From positions 5,012,722-5,076,721 of the forward strand of contig OZ037766.1 of the NCBI GenBank assembly GCA_964035545.1: a stretch of 64,000 nucleotides of DNA, read 5' to 3'. The first letter of the stretch is position 1. Each line of letters opens with the position of its first letter. Position numbers and translations under genes: made by a program. Positions 12,101 through 26,377 of this stretch are shown in pieces. Under the pieces are notes generated by a model. It did not search any database. It was given only the letters and a program-made list of their open reading frames with translations, and was not told where the DNA came from. Source of the stretch: Bugula neritina. Taxonomy: Eukaryota; Animalia; Bryozoa.

Positions 12101-15100
12101 AACTATTTGGTCAATTTAAGGCTTGTAAAATTAGGTTTACGATCAAGTTTTACTAGAAAAGTTATGCGTCGCTGTACAATGTAAAGCTTTAAATATATGT
12201 ACATAGTTTTACTGAAATCTTATCTTCTAGGGAAGTTGTAATATGTACTTGTTAAATGTATTTCTGGTGTACAAATGTGTGTGACATATTTATGGTAGTG
12301 GAAGAAATGGATTGGAGAGAAGTGACAAAAACTTTGCATAGTAAATCTTTAAAGTCTTTGAAAAACCTTTCCAATACAAAGAGTGAGAAATGGCTGGATG
12401 AAAATATCTTGCCTCCAATACAGCCATCCACACTTCCTGATAACCCATCTTCTGGTGGATTTGGCTCAGCTAACAGGAACAAGGTAACTTTTTCATTTCT
12501 CTTGTTCTCTCTTACACCACTGCAAACATAAATAAGGCCAAGTCTGCTGTAGTTTATTCATGGTTATGCAGTTTTCAAATAAGTGTAATGCTATATAATA
12601 AGCTGACTTTCAACCATCATATTACCTGCATCAGCAGCTTCCAACTATATCTATCACTGAACCAAACTCACCAGCACATCCCAACACTTTACCTCAAAAA
12701 CGTAAGGCACTGTCTGTAAGGGTAGAGAGTCTAGAATCAAAGTCCGCAAATCTCCGCCGTGGACTGAAAACTCCCGATGTTGGTCGCAAGGTCTGTTTCA
12801 TTGCCCTCTTTCTCTTGATTTCTTTCATAATTTTTAAATCAAGTTAAACTACTTTGAGCTTCTGATGCTCAATCTTTCTATAACAAAACATAACATGACA
12901 AAAGCATAAAAGTTTTTCTGAATTTTTTGATTATTTCACAAACATTCAAAACTATGTACTTTGATTACATTTTTATTTTGTTGTTAGAAAAAATGATAAT
13001 ATAACGCTGTATCTAGTCATAGCAGCTGATTGCAGTAAATTGAAACAATTTAAAATTGTATTGCATTCACAGCCTCTTTCTTTCCTTCGTCCAATTTCTA
13101 AACCTTTACCAACGTCTACCAGCCTCAAACAAAGTGATGGAATGCATGGCAGTAATAAATACAGACTATCTCTTAGTCCACATGGCAATAAAAACCCTTC
13201 AAATGAAATTTTATCAGCAACTGGGGTACGTTTAATAATGCAGAACACATTAACACATTAACATTGCATGTTGTAAGCATGTTCTTATATTCATGAATGA
13301 TACATACATGAATGATACATATATTGATGGCTAATTTAATAACATGTCGTTTTTATTCTGAAAAGGAAATTGTGTTTTATAAGAGCATTTCTATCTGCAG
13401 TTGATGTACCTACTATGAAAGATCAAGATTTAAAAATACAGCTAGATGTACATGTTTAATATATAATATAGCTCATATTATAGCATGAATGTTTCAGAAC
13501 TCATCGTTATTCCTTTTTGTCGGCTAATCACTATTTCTTATGATGAGAAAAACTAGTTATTATTATACATGTTATAGCCTGATGTACACACTACGTCTAG
13601 CAAAGGAAACAAGGCTATTGCCGCTAAGAAACCATCTTTGCAGCTACTTAAACTTATAGATGCTTTTAAAAAGAAACCCAGTTCCAGGTGCACAATCTTA
13701 ACATAGTATTCAACAAACAAAAGCAATGTGATGCAATAATTATTATTATATGAAGAATTATCAGGCATGCATTTCACAGAAAAGATTGATCATTGTGATT
13801 AGTAAAATAATCAATATAATTATATTGTCAATATAACTACACAGTGCTTGGCTTAATACGCTATCGGAGAAAATATTTTGTATCAATTTTGGATGTTTCA
13901 TTCTAAATAGTGTCACTGTATCTAGCTGATTTTTGGCAGTATTATTATACTATACACTTCATACAGGCCTTTAAACATTTCAACAAAGGAAACTGTGCTC
14001 TTCAGCCAAATTAATTTGTTTGTGCCACTTTTGTATAACAGCAGCACACTTTTAAGTGGGAAAAATTTGGCAATTTTCAAATGATCAATATAGTTTATAA
14101 ATTGTAACTTTTTTAATAAATCGTTATAGCATGGGCATAAAAACCTGTGAAATGATTAGACTTTTGTATCTGTATTCAATATTAGCTGAAGTACCACATG
14201 ATTTTGCTGTCTTATAGCAATAAGGTTAGAAATGGATTAGCCAATCCCAATTTACACTCTGCCAAGACACTTTACCATGTACCACCTGCCAGCTTGTCTC
14301 CATCAGAACAATTTCCTAACAAATATGAACTACTTCCAAGCATCTCTCAGAAACCTAGACATAGTTTTTACAATCCTCTTCAATTGCAAGGTTGAAAATA
14401 AAAATACGTTTTATGCAAAACAAATTTTTTTATAATCTACAATGTAGTCATGTAAATTATTGAACGCAGTGCATGCTTGGGGTTTCCAATTTTTATTTGT
14501 ATATAAATTAAAACTGCTAAAAATCATTTTTTAGTTACTGCAGTTATTCCTCAGTCTAAACTTAGTTACCGTTATGCATAAGAACAGTGGCTATTGTACC
14601 TGCAGCCTGTTTCTGTCTCTCATTAACTCCTCACCATCTGTAACTGTCCAATATAGCAGCACCTCACTCTGTAACCTAGCTTTCTTGTAACAGGTCAGCC
14701 TGTTTCTGATACACTTGATCTGCAGTTGGTTACAACTCAGCTCTCTAACCTTGAGAGACACAGTTTATTGCGTCCTACTCGCTCTGATACCACTCTCCTG
14801 TCTCGTCACAACTCATTCGTTCCTATTCATTCTCACGCTGAGTCTCCTATTCAAAGCTCAACAGCAATGTTTCACAGAGGCAGCAGAAAAGTGAGTTATC
14901 CAGTTAGGTGCAAAATTGGAGCACTTATTTCATGGGATATTTGTAGCACAAAAACAGTTTTCCACTTGTGGAATAGAGCAATCAAGCTTCAAACCTTGAA
15001 ATACACACTAATACAAACCAAAGCTGCACACCCAACAACTGTTGTAGTCTATGTCATACTTCTCTGGCTAGTTGCTTCTGTTCTAGCAACTGGATTCTCG

Positions 15101-16671
15101 AGCTCATTTCTCACCAGAAGTTAGCGTGGGGAAAATATAAATGTGGCACTTCACAAATATATTATAAACACTATATCATATAAAAATAAAATAGTAGAAT
15201 CGTATTAAAATAAGGGATATTTTAGTTGTGTAACAGTTGAGATTTGCAAATGGTTGAGTAGTGTGACGCCTATTCATAGTTGCTTACCAACTCATTGAAA
15301 GTTATGTGTGGTAACTTCAAATTAGGACAATTTTATAAGAGCTTCTTTTTATTTTTAGTTGTCATTTGAGCAGAGAATGATGATGGAACATGTACAGAAT
15401 TTAGAAACATCTTCACATGATCACAAACATGTTCACGGGTTTGTACTTTGAATCTAAAGTATGTCATTGTATATTCACTGGTATGTTTTATTTTTAATCG
15501 ATTTTTACTTTTTGAAACCTAGCTAATTTCAAATACTAGACCAGCATTGTTAAGTTGAATACAGCCATTTTGAATTCTCATGACTATTTCTGCAGTTTGT
15601 CGGAGGTGGCAGTTGGGGATCTTATTCGCAGTATGTGGACTAAAGTTGACGAGTCCGATGTGGAATGGAAAGGAAAGTATAAGATGGATGTCAACCAACC
15701 TCATCTACCTTTCATGACTGGGTATATAATGAGTGCAAATATAAAGCAATAGGAGTTGTCACTCGTGGTTTTTAATTTATTATTGTATAAAAATTACAGG
15801 TGCATCGTGTGCTTGTATACATGTACACATATGCATGTACATTATACAGTAAATATATCGAAATTCTTTGAGCTAGTTCATTTTGAAAACAATTATAATA
15901 ACAACATAGTAGATCCTCATGAGAAAAGTGAGACTGCAGTTTGCTCATGACAACAACTTCTTATCATACTATTGAGCAAAGAAAAATAAAATTCATACTA
16001 ATTCTATAGATGTAAATGCATGTAAATTTAATAGTATCTTAATAACTATACTTTATTCTGTACTGCTTAACGTTCAATGAAACACAATAATTTAGTATAT
16101 TGTTCTTATATCTCATCACTGAGCAATCCCATAGCTCATTGCCTATATTTTATTGGGAAGTGTTAATATTTTTGTTATATTTTTTATTTTAGAAAAAGAC
16201 AGCCGCATCGAGTTCAACCAGGAGACCAATTTCAGTGGGACGCTCCACTACCACCCGCACCAAGAAATAAACTCAGCATTTCAAACTGGAAAGATATGCA
16301 CAGTCAGTACTGTGAATACTGGCGAATGGCTCGGAAAAGAATGCATGATTACACTATGGTAAGCATGCAGTTCTTGAACTCAAACTTCTTTTCATCGTTT
16401 GTAGTAATTTTTGGTATTCAAGCAGTTAGCTATAGTTTTGCAATTCAGAGATATTTTACATGTTTACAGCTCGACATAAATTTGTGTAGAAAAACACTGC
16501 CTAATTCATTTCATTTTCTATTTCTGCTTAGCTTGATGAGTTGCAATGTATTGTTACATGTTCTCTTTAACAGCTTAGACAGTAACCGCAATTTTATTTC
16601 CAAATGCCATTATCCTGATGTAGTTTTATTGGAATTGGAGTATTTTTACGTGTTAACACTTTTTAATGCAG

Positions 16672-16761
<90 letters not shown>

Positions 16762-17889
16762 AATGTATGTGTAACATATGACCCATTAGATTTCACAACA
16801 CCAAAGTAGAATTCGGACAGCACATTATTTATGTGACACCCGAAGAGGTAACTTATTATCAGAGTGAACCATCGGTTTATGCTTCTGTTGTAAAGAAATA
16901 GCTTTAGGCAGCAAATCATTGATCTTTCTCCACACCTTTGATGTCTATGGCACTCCCATATATATATACTGTAGTAAATGTATGAATCACCAGCACTTAC
17001 CTCTTAATTTAAACTTTTATTTATATATGCGTTCTATTTTGTTTAATGGCACTGATATTGCTGTAGCTGAACAAATATCACAGGATAGAGAATAGTAAAG
17101 CAGCAATAATAACTCAAATACATTGCTGACAAATTAGCAATCATTATTTCAGGTGACTCTAAGTCAAGTCACTTTTTTTTATAAAAAAATTTGCAGCCGG
17201 TAAAATATACTAATAAGGTTAGTTTCAACACATTCTTGCATTATCAAGTACTACTAACTTCAAGTGATGAGTAACTGCATTTAAATGGCATAGTTAATCA
17301 GCTATTACTAAAGCTGTGAAAGAGCTGTCATTATTGTTAATTGATCCAAGACCAATAAAAGGTCTATATATGTATTATTATGAAGATAAAATAAAGATTA
17401 ATTCTGAATCCAAGTTGACAATCATGCCTATGCTTATGGGTATATTAGTTGTGTGCATATAGATTTTATTAGTTAAGTCAAACTGTGAAGAGGCCTATTA
17501 TATGTATCATAATTGTTTTAGATTGTTGTCATATATATCTTTATATTAGAAGAAAGATTTCTTGATCAATGCTACTAGTTAAAATCAATCATAAATTACA
17601 ACCATGAGCAGCCAATAATGGATACTAAATGTTAGGTTTCTTGTCACTTGTAAGTTATAACTTCTTGTAGACTACAAAAGAAGATCATTTCCAAAGTCTG
17701 CTAAGTGATAGCTCACTGATTGATGGCGTGTCGCAAGAAGGTCCTCAAGTGCCTCTTTATCCTTTTTACACAAAGCTGTTGCTGCAACAGGTAATTGATG
17801 ATCGCATTGACTATACACAGTGGTATCCCATATTCAACTATCCACCAACTTACCACTTACTGGATGAGTCCGTTGGCTCACACCAGTAA
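6128..17889 (+). CDS. Multi-exon gene (3' part, about 20 exons) for a large, mostly Ser-rich/low-complexity uncharacterized protein
   Basis: Phase-compatible GT-AG exons at approximately 6128-6317, 6476-6650, 7405-7663, 8119-8205, 8310-8821, 9071-9626, 9943-10001, 10341-10498, 10747-10852, 11437-11532, 11850-11983, 12299-12483, 12635-12790, 13073-13225, 13578-13687, 14218-14390, 14694-14890, 15359-15438, 15596-15721, 16193-16358 and 17671-17889 (…DESVGSHQ*). The first visible exon begins at an acceptor, so the start codon lies upstream. No family recognised. Confidence 0.7.
6921..7326. mobile_element. Foldback/MITE-like palindromic element
   Basis: 6921-7116 is an imperfect reverse complement of 7134-7326 (GGGTAATTTCACCTAATTCAGTACACACTC… / …GAGTGTGTACTGAATTAAGTAAAATGACCC), with a loop of about 17 nt. 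Confidence 0.85.
11575..11815. repeat. Degenerate CTACT-rich repeat with about 3 copies of a ~32-bp unit
   Basis: Repeated TACTCCCTACACAACTCATGTAGAATACTA-like units. Confidence 0.7.
16676..16757. repeat. (TA)n microsatellite
   Basis: Pure TA run. Confidence 0.95.
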
Positions 17890-19063
17890 CTTCTAGACTC
17901 AGAAAACTAATCTCTGCGTTTGTTGAATGCATAAAGAAATAACTTGTTTATTTTCTTCAAAGCTAGCAGTACAATGCATTTTGATTTTATTTAACAGTTG
18001 CCATTAATCTTTATAATACTATATAACAGGATTCAATATAATTTATTTTTAACAAACATACGCAGATGCATTTTTAAGCTATTGCAGTTGCATTGACATG
18101 CAGAGAGAGGCAGGCTATTTAATCTTATCTAACATATAAGTCTCAAACTATATGATCTCAATTGATTTGGTTATATTTGTGCATCAAAAACATTTAGTGT
18201 ATTTCATAAAAAGACAAAAAAGAGTGTTTCTGACCCTGCCTATTAAAGCAATAACTAAAAAGTTAAAACTTTTTTGAACAGGACTTCATTGTGCCATTCG
18301 TGATCGGTTTTGTTTAAAAATGAAATAAATTGTACATGTGTTTACAATAGAAATTATATTACCCAATGTTATACTTTGAGTAATAATTTAATAATTGCAA
18401 AAGCATGTTGTCATATATATATGTTTATTTGAAGAACATACTTTGAATAAAGTGGCTATTAGTTGGTGATAGTTGAGAAAAGCTTGTCCTGAAGCCAGTT
18501 TCCTTAGAAAGTTTTACTGACAAAAATTTAAAAACATTCTGCAGCTTTAACAAAAAGACATAGAAATTAAAGCTTACTGACTATTATTTCTAAATGCAAA
18601 TATATGTATATAATTTACAAACTGTAAAACAATTATACATATTTAAGAAAAAATGTCTAAAATTAGGCACGTTGGAGAGTTTAAAAAAGGTAGATTGAAA
18701 CTCTAGCTACAAAAATGTTACCTCTCAAGTTGTTAGTCAAATGCCATTATAGCAACTGGATAGTTTTGCCACAAAAACTGTTGTGTGAAAGAGTACGGAG
18801 TTTGCTAGGAAAATTGATTAATCTAAATCAAATAACCCAACTCTGTAAAAAGTGGCTAACTCCTGACTCAATATATTTATAATTTTATTAGAAAAACTCT
18901 ACACTTTGTCCACTCTTTGTTTTTTGATACAAAATGTTATTAAAAAGTAACTCCAAAAACTTTGAGCATTGTTATCAATGTATTTTAACATTAAAATCTT
19001 TGTAAAAAGTACAAAAGACTAACATAACTATTAAATGAACGATTGTACATGTGTATAGTTGTG

Positions 19064-22000
19064 TCAGCCTCTAAGAAGATTCTGGTTGAATCTTAGATTC
19101 CCATCAGCTACAAACTGATCTAAACAATTATGGTGTCCTGGTTTCACACACTTGGCAAATTTTCCTGCCTCGTAAAACTGCCAGCTGGATGTTCCACCTC
19201 TTTTCCTCCAGTGGTTGGCGTGTTGGTACATCTCTGAACCATATCTAAAAATAAAGCATCACATGCAACAGCTGAGTAGATGCTATCTTAAACTAGTCTG
19301 CATTGTGTTATTGTTTATACCGAAGTAAGTTTACCTACGAAATACTTTGCTGGTCAATTGCAATCAATTTCTAAAGATTATTTTATACTATAATCTGTAG
19401 CGTTGAGTTTACCCTGTAGTGTAGTGGTGATGCGCCTGCTTGCAAGCCTGAGGTCTTGGGTTAGAATCCCAGCAGGGGGGACAAGTTTTATAAGCTATTT
19501 TGGCCTTCCGTAAAGTGTAGTAGTATTCTAAGGGAGTTAAGAGACCAGGGGAGCCTGAAGACTGAAGGAGTAATAGAGAGGCCAAAGGAGTTCTAGAGAA
19601 CTGGGTGGGATGTTGTGTTGAGTTTACCCAGTGGCCCCTGTGATATAGTGGTAATGCACCTGCTTGCAAGCAATGGGGGCAAAGGTTTTATACTATTACT
19701 ATGGGTTGGTATATCTGACAGGCGACAAAGATTATATCTCTTCTAACACTCCCAGAATCTTGCCCATATGCAAATAGTCCCAACTTGACAACCTGGCAGT
19801 TGCAGATACAAGTAGAAGCTAACTAATAACACAAACATTAATAAAATCTCAGTTCAGGTCACTTATAGGTCACCATCTATGACATCATTTCTTGGTGCTG
19901 CCTTACTAGAGAAAATGAATAGCACTATGTGCGACAGCCTGCTTCCAGAAAAACACAAAAATGTAATTCACGTGCAAAATATGGGTAGGCAGCTGTGCAC
20001 AAAATGTTTTCACTTGTCTCTACCAAGCCACAAGATATGCAACTTGTAAAAGGTATTGTTGGAGTGTTTCTTATTATAATAATTATTTTAGACAGTTTAT
20101 TGAAAAGTTTAATATAAAACCTGAAGTTCTCAATATTATAACAGAAATGTTTATCTCGCATTATTTTACTCACCTGTTTCTACCAAATAGTCCGGGACTC
20201 TCTGGTGTAGCCACATATTCACCATTAAGTAAAACTCTGGTGGGTGATATTCCAGCTTTACTCAGTCTACTTGTATCAGTTGAGGAGACAGAAAATATCT
20301 CAATAAACCATCCCATTGGAGTGTAGAATCTGTAGTATGTTTTACTGTCTTCCTATAAAGTGTAACAAGTAGAATTTTCCACCAGAATTTCCACACATTT
20401 TTAAACAGCTTTAGCTTGAGTCTTGGAACTTTACACTTGAGGGATTAATTACACACGGATTTATCTAGTAGCTTTGTATAAATGACTAAAAAAAGCTCAA
20501 GAAAGACAAATAATTAACAGAATCTAACTATTAAAGCTTTTCAATCAACCATGTAAAAAGTGCAAGAGAGCCTTACGCAGGCAGATAATATCAGAAAACA
20601 TAATACTCAAGGTAGTTTGAGATTTGTGTGCTGCTACACTAAAAACATGCATTGCAATAATCTATTATTAAACCTAAAATTTACATCATGAATCTTACAA
20701 CTCACAAATGTAAGATGCTTAGGTTTCAAATATGGAGCGAGAATATCCCGAACTGCAGTGAAGTTATTTGAGTCTACTGAAAGATCTGCATCCACCTCCC
20801 AAGGTAAAGTTCCTTCAAACTTTAGAGATCCAAGTAATGTGCCATCATTTAGTTCACATATCATGTTATGGTCCTGTAGATATAAAATAGCAATCTCCAA
20901 CAGTGCACATATGGTTTCAATTCTCAAAAACTACTTCAAGTGTTTCTAGTTTCTGTTAACAGAAATTACATAAACAGAGCTCCAGGGTGCAGCAGCTTAG
21001 TAGCCAGATCGCTGACTCAGTAAGAACAAGGTCATGGGCTTGATTCCCAGCAAGTCCATTGGTGATTTAAAAAAGGGTATTCAATCAAAATTGCTCTGTA
21101 GCCACAACAGACATAAGTCCTCGGCCTGCCTAAAATTTTGCCATCAGCGGTTCCTGCAGAGATTAAGATTTAAAACAATAGACATGCATGAATTTATATG
21201 TTGCATTTTTCATTCACTAAGCAGATACTAGAGAGGTGTATGAATACATCACTATAATACTCTCTCACTTTCAGCTGTTCTTACTCTTTCTTTGAATATG
21301 CATATGAAATCTAGTGCACAACAGTTGACATTCCCAGTATCAAAAAGGTTTGAAGATTCTTCAACTGACATCTGTCAATGTGACTTCAGTTTACTGATAG
21401 TTACAATAAAAGATTGTCTATGAGCATCAGTCATGTCAGAAATTTTAACCAACACCTATTCTTAGAGCCACAAGTGTAACTGTCAAAAATACAGATTTAC
21501 AAAAATACCATCAGCTTACTTTACAAGCTTTCATGACAGATTTTACTTCATGGCTGAGTTCATTTATACAACAGTGAGATAGAGCTAGACTGGGGGGTTT
21601 ATCAGCAGGAAGTTGAGTATTGGCTTCATTGCAGCCATATTGGAAATGAGCATGCTGTCCCAGATATATTTCCTCCACCTACAGAAAGTATGATAGAATT
21701 AACTCATCCAAGCAAGCAGCAATTTTCTAGTAAACTTAGCTCTGAGAATTGAGTCAAGTTCACTTCTCTAGTGACACTGTAATATATTTGGAGACAAACA
21801 TCACCGAATGCCAACTGACAATGATCTTTCACTAACCTGAGAATGTTTGACAAGGTCAAGCCATTGACCTCTCTCAGACTCTCCATCTATATTATCCACA
21901 TAAGACATGCTGTCTGGACATGATAATATAATTTTCTTCAACTTGACCAGCTCTAAGAACCACAAGGCAAACCCACTAACTGAAGTCATACCACCTTTCA

Positions 22001-24774
22001 GAGGTACCTACATTATATAGCAGTTGAATGTATTAAAACGAAAACACTCATGTTTGTTTGTTGCCAAGCTTCCTGCGAGAATGCTCTTTGTTAATGGCTT
22101 TAGGTTGGCTACTGAGCTTTGCCTAAACTCATGCTTTATGTCATTATTCCCACTAAACGGCAATCATCGCTGATTTAATGAACACAAGTGTTGTAAACTG
22201 ATTATATAAAACATAAATGTTCTTATTTATATTGCCCATGAAATAGGGTAATGCAGGAAACTCCAAGAAGCAATGAATTATCAAATTTCAGAAGATTTTT
22301 GGTTACCAGTTAAGCTTTTAGAATTAGGTGAGCACATTCTATGACATTGTGACAAAACTTGAAACTTATTTTATAAATCTAAAAATTTTGAGGCAAAATA
22401 GTACTACTGTCAAGGCTCTACAGTTCTAATGTTCATCATTTTTCATTTACATGCATAATGTTGAATTAAAAACTCTATATATTTATATTGTAACTTACGT
22501 GTTGAAATAGACTTGAATGGGTGAGAAATGGAGCTGCTACATGATTACAGGGAAAACACGAATCTATAGACATATAATAACCAGGTGTGTAAACTAGAGT
22601 GTAATTCTTGAAGATAGACTGGTCACACGCCCTTTTCCACTGAAAATATACAGTGAATACAGTAATATGATGACAGGGAATGTAAATATATTCCACAACA
22701 AGAAATATTTGATCAACCAAAAAAAATAAATACAAACTATGGTAAACTTTACCAACTCACCTGACCTGTATGAGTATCTTTAATAGAACTGGATACAACT
22801 GTAGCACCAACACTTATCATATGATTTACTAATTCATTTAACTGAATATCTTCAGTAAATTTTGCTATATTTCTTCCAATATATACATATTGTGTGGAGA
22901 CTTTACTGAGTAACTCCTTCCATACATCTGTTTCCTTGTAGGAATAAAAGACTCTAAAAATATGTCTTTAGTGTAAAGTATAAAACGTTAACTAAAATCA
23001 TGTAAATTTAGCTAAATGACAGATAATAGTTACAACTCATTGTAACAAAAGTTTTCCAACAATACAAAAAAAAACTATGACTCATGCTAACCATATTCAA
23101 TTTTTATTAGAAAAGGTTTTAGAAAATTATTGGTTATATAATTTCCACACTTGTTGACCATGATCTAAATAAAACTCAAGATTGTGTCAGAATGGGAGTG
23201 TGAATAAAAATATTCCGTGTGTGTGTGTGTGCGCGTGTGTGAGTAAAGGGGGTGTGTATTATTATTATTATTAGTACTCTAGCCTAACTCACCTTGACTT
23301 GTAATATAAGATCTGTACATTACTCCTTCCTTGATATTGAACTGAAAGAGTGTGTGGAACACCAACTATAATGTGTATCTCAGGATATATATTTACTGTA
23401 TCCTGTATTATTCTTTCTACCATCTCCTCAGTAGCATCAGTCTTGTGGACAAAATTATAGACTACAGTGGTGAGTGTGTAGAAGTTACTGGAGCCCAGTA
23501 CAGAGTCTAAAATGGTAGTCAGGTATAACTTATTGTAGAGCGAAGTTTCGTTATTTCGATTTCTCACATCCAATAGAAAATACAGCAGCACATTTGCAAA
23601 AACATTCTAGATTACATAAATTTGCTTCATTCTATCAAAACATGACTCATTAGTCAGCGGCAAGACTGTGCAACGTACAACTGGAGACAACTCCCTATGC
23701 ATAGCCTGTGAACTGCTAAAATAAATTACTGACTTCGACAATAGTTTCATTACAATCTGATTGAGCTACTCTTTCAAATAAGACTGGCTGATAAAAAAAA
23801 GTATTTTCAAGTGCTGTTTACCAGTTGCAGCAACTGTGTTGTTTGTCAGCATATAAGAAGTGGATGATGTAGTGATATGTATGTAGTAAAGCACTATCAC
23901 AGAATGGGTATATTATGTGGCATTCTAAACGATAAAGATATTTAATGTAGAAATATATATGATGTAGATATGACATGGTTCTGTACAAAAATATGTTTGT
24001 TATACTTATACTGAGTCACAACAGGCACTTGCCAAATGTGAATAACACACTACCAGACATATTATGGTGGGTACAGTGTACGTCCTTGTAACAAATGCAA
24101 ACATCACTGTAAACCCGTGAGTATACATCTTACCACTAAACCCTTAAAACATGTAACTTACCTATGACTTCTTCTTCCTTATTGTTTGGCAGTGGAATCA
24201 GCTTATTGATTACCTGCTTCACCTGGAATAGACATGAGTCTGTGAGTAAACATTACGCAGAGAGTAGAGGTAGGTCTGTGGCTAAACATTTTCTCAGTTG
24301 ATGTTTAAAGTCATATTAGTTGATATTTTTTTTCTAAAAATTATCACAACCCTGTAGCAAGAAAAGGTTTTTTAACAAAATTAAATTTACATTTTTACAA
24401 GACAAACCTACCTTATAAAAAGCAGAATTGAGAGTTTTCTTCTCTTTATATGAATGAGTGTGGTGACTGGCTTTTGCTAAGCTGTCAGCTAAATACACAA
24501 GTTTTCCCATCATTTCAGCTCTATGATCTACTGGCGGCCTATACAATATAAAGACAATATCTACTAAAGACGATTTCCAACTTTACACACGCACACACAC
24601 ACACACACACAGGCACGCGCACACACGCACGTACACACACAATCAGTTTAAAAAGACTTACTTCATTACTTGATGTCTAGTTGAAGAAAGGTTGAGTATT
24701 TTCCAAATTAGATATATCACTATAGTTAGTGTCGCACACAGCATCGCCCTTCTTTTAAGCATATGGTAGAGCAT
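19064..24774 (-). CDS. FKRP-like / LicD-family nucleotidyltransferase, paralog A (11 coding exons, about 568 aa, type II membrane protein)
   Basis: Exons 24774-24662, 24538-24412, 24222-24162, 23506-23293, 22953-22761, 22639-22499, 22007-21837, 21678-21520, 20873-20706, 20352-20174 and 19244-19064 join in frame (1707 nt). N-terminal TM MLCATLTIVIYLIWKIL; YGCNE…HCC region; GTLLGSLKFEGTLPWEVDAD resembles the FKRP GSLLGA…IPWDYDVD motif. Confidence 0.88.
19412..19810 (+). mobile_element. Degenerate tRNA-derived SINE-like sequence (two tRNA-like heads, about 19412-19480 and 19636-19680)
   Basis: A-box-like TAGTGTAGTGG, CTTGCAA loop and B-box-like GGTTAGAATCCC. Both heads are preceded by TTGAGTTTACCC. 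The cloverleaf is imperfect. Confidence 0.55.
20985..21190 (+). mobile_element. tRNA-derived SINE-like insertion in intron 8 of paralog A
   Basis: A-box-like AGCTTAGTAG and B-box-like GGCTTGATTCCC. This intron is about 650 bp in A but only about 110 bp in B and C. Confidence 0.5.
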
Positions 24775-26377
24775 TGCTGACCCTTCTGCTAGAAAATTCA
24801 CATTTGTAGTAAACTTGCATCACTGGCTATCCAATGTAATGTTCTCACAGAAAAGCCATACAGCAATAAGGAAATATGAATTAGTCATGGGATGGTTAAA
24901 ATAAGCATGTTAGATAAAATAGTGAGTGAATTTTTGACCATTTGGCACTCCATAAACTGTTGACCATTAAATACCCCATATCATAGATTACCTAATGTAA
25001 ATAGAAATACTTTAAACCCACTAACCGTTTATAAACCCATAAGATGCTGTTGGATCGTATTGCAGACCGACTTTTAAGCAGCACTAAGAGTTTAACAGTA
25101 AAGCAAATGCGCAGTGAAGACTACAGTTGAACTTATAGAGCACAGGATTTTGTGAATTTACAAAACTTGTATAAACCGGTGCTCTTTACAGCTAGTAGCT
25201 TGACTACAAACTAAACATGACTCTTAAAGATATATGAAGAAGCACTATATGAAAAATGATCCTATGCCTGGTGAGAGTAAACATTTTCTTTGTTTGCCTT
25301 TTGTTACAAAAATCAATAGCTATACTGTTAATGCCTTTTAATGCACAACACGTGCTATCAAACTGGATGAGCCCCTATTGGCTTTTCCCAGGTAACAAAT
25401 ATATAACAAGCTCTGTCAGTTGAGTTTGTAACTTACAAGGACTAAAGTTGCAGCTATAATGTGTCACAGCAATACGGTTAACACACATACAAGATGTAAC
25501 TTATAATAATTATAGCTATGAAAAACTATGCCCTATTTATATGAGACACCAAATTCATTCAATTTTGCTGATAAAAATTACTAGGACCAGGAAAAAAAAT
25601 CTAAAATTTAGTATCACGAGACAGAATACACTGCCAATCAGTAAAGAGGCATATGTGTAATGCTCAGCTGTTAGCTGGCCAGTTGAATAAATATAATTCG
25701 CAAACCTGTCTAGAAACCAGCTTTTTTTAGAAAGTTATACCTAATAGTAAAATTGTAAACATACTGAGAATTTAATGAGATTTGCTACCCTGGTTAGCTG
25801 CATGTATATAATGTAGAGCATCAACCAAGATTTAAAAGACATGAAAACATGTAAAATCAAGGAAGTAGCTAAAAATAAGACTCTTTCTAGTGAACAATAA
25901 AGTAACCTTTCAAGTTGTTAGTAAAATAACAATACCGCATTATAGTTTTACCTCAAAAGCTGACCTGTGAAAAAGTAGGGAGTTGTAAGCTAGCCAGATT
26001 AATTAGTATAAATCAAATAGACAAACTATGTAAGAAATCACCAGCCCCTGACACATTACATATTTATACTTTTATTAGAAAAACTTTACAGTTTGTCTAC
26101 TTTAAGTTTTTTATGCAAAATGTTATTGAAAAGTAACTCCATAAAAATTATGTTAATTGATTTTTGTTAGCAATATATTTTAGCATACATGTATGTAAAA
26201 GTGACATTAAAATATTTATAAAAAAGTTTAACGCAGGCAAAAACATGCAACCAACCAATGTAAAATAACACCAAAAAGTTCATATAAACTCTTATCTGCT
26301 TGTAGTATAAACAGAAGTTATAAATAAGTTCAACAGAGACAGAAAGAAAGTGAGTCACATTTGGCTAACTGATTGTG

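Noticed and set aside
16193-17889. Alternative frame across 16193-16358, 16790-16847 and 17671-17889 with a single TGA at a splice junction (possible selenocysteine)
   Set aside because: The upstream exon is closed in that frame, a simpler phase-0 join of 16358 to 17671 needs no recoding, and I saw no SECIS.
19412-19480. tRNA-Ala(TGC)-like sequence
   Set aside because: The anticodon stem does not pair and the T-loop is TTAGAAT, with a degenerate second copy nearby. Treated as a SINE head, not a tRNA gene.
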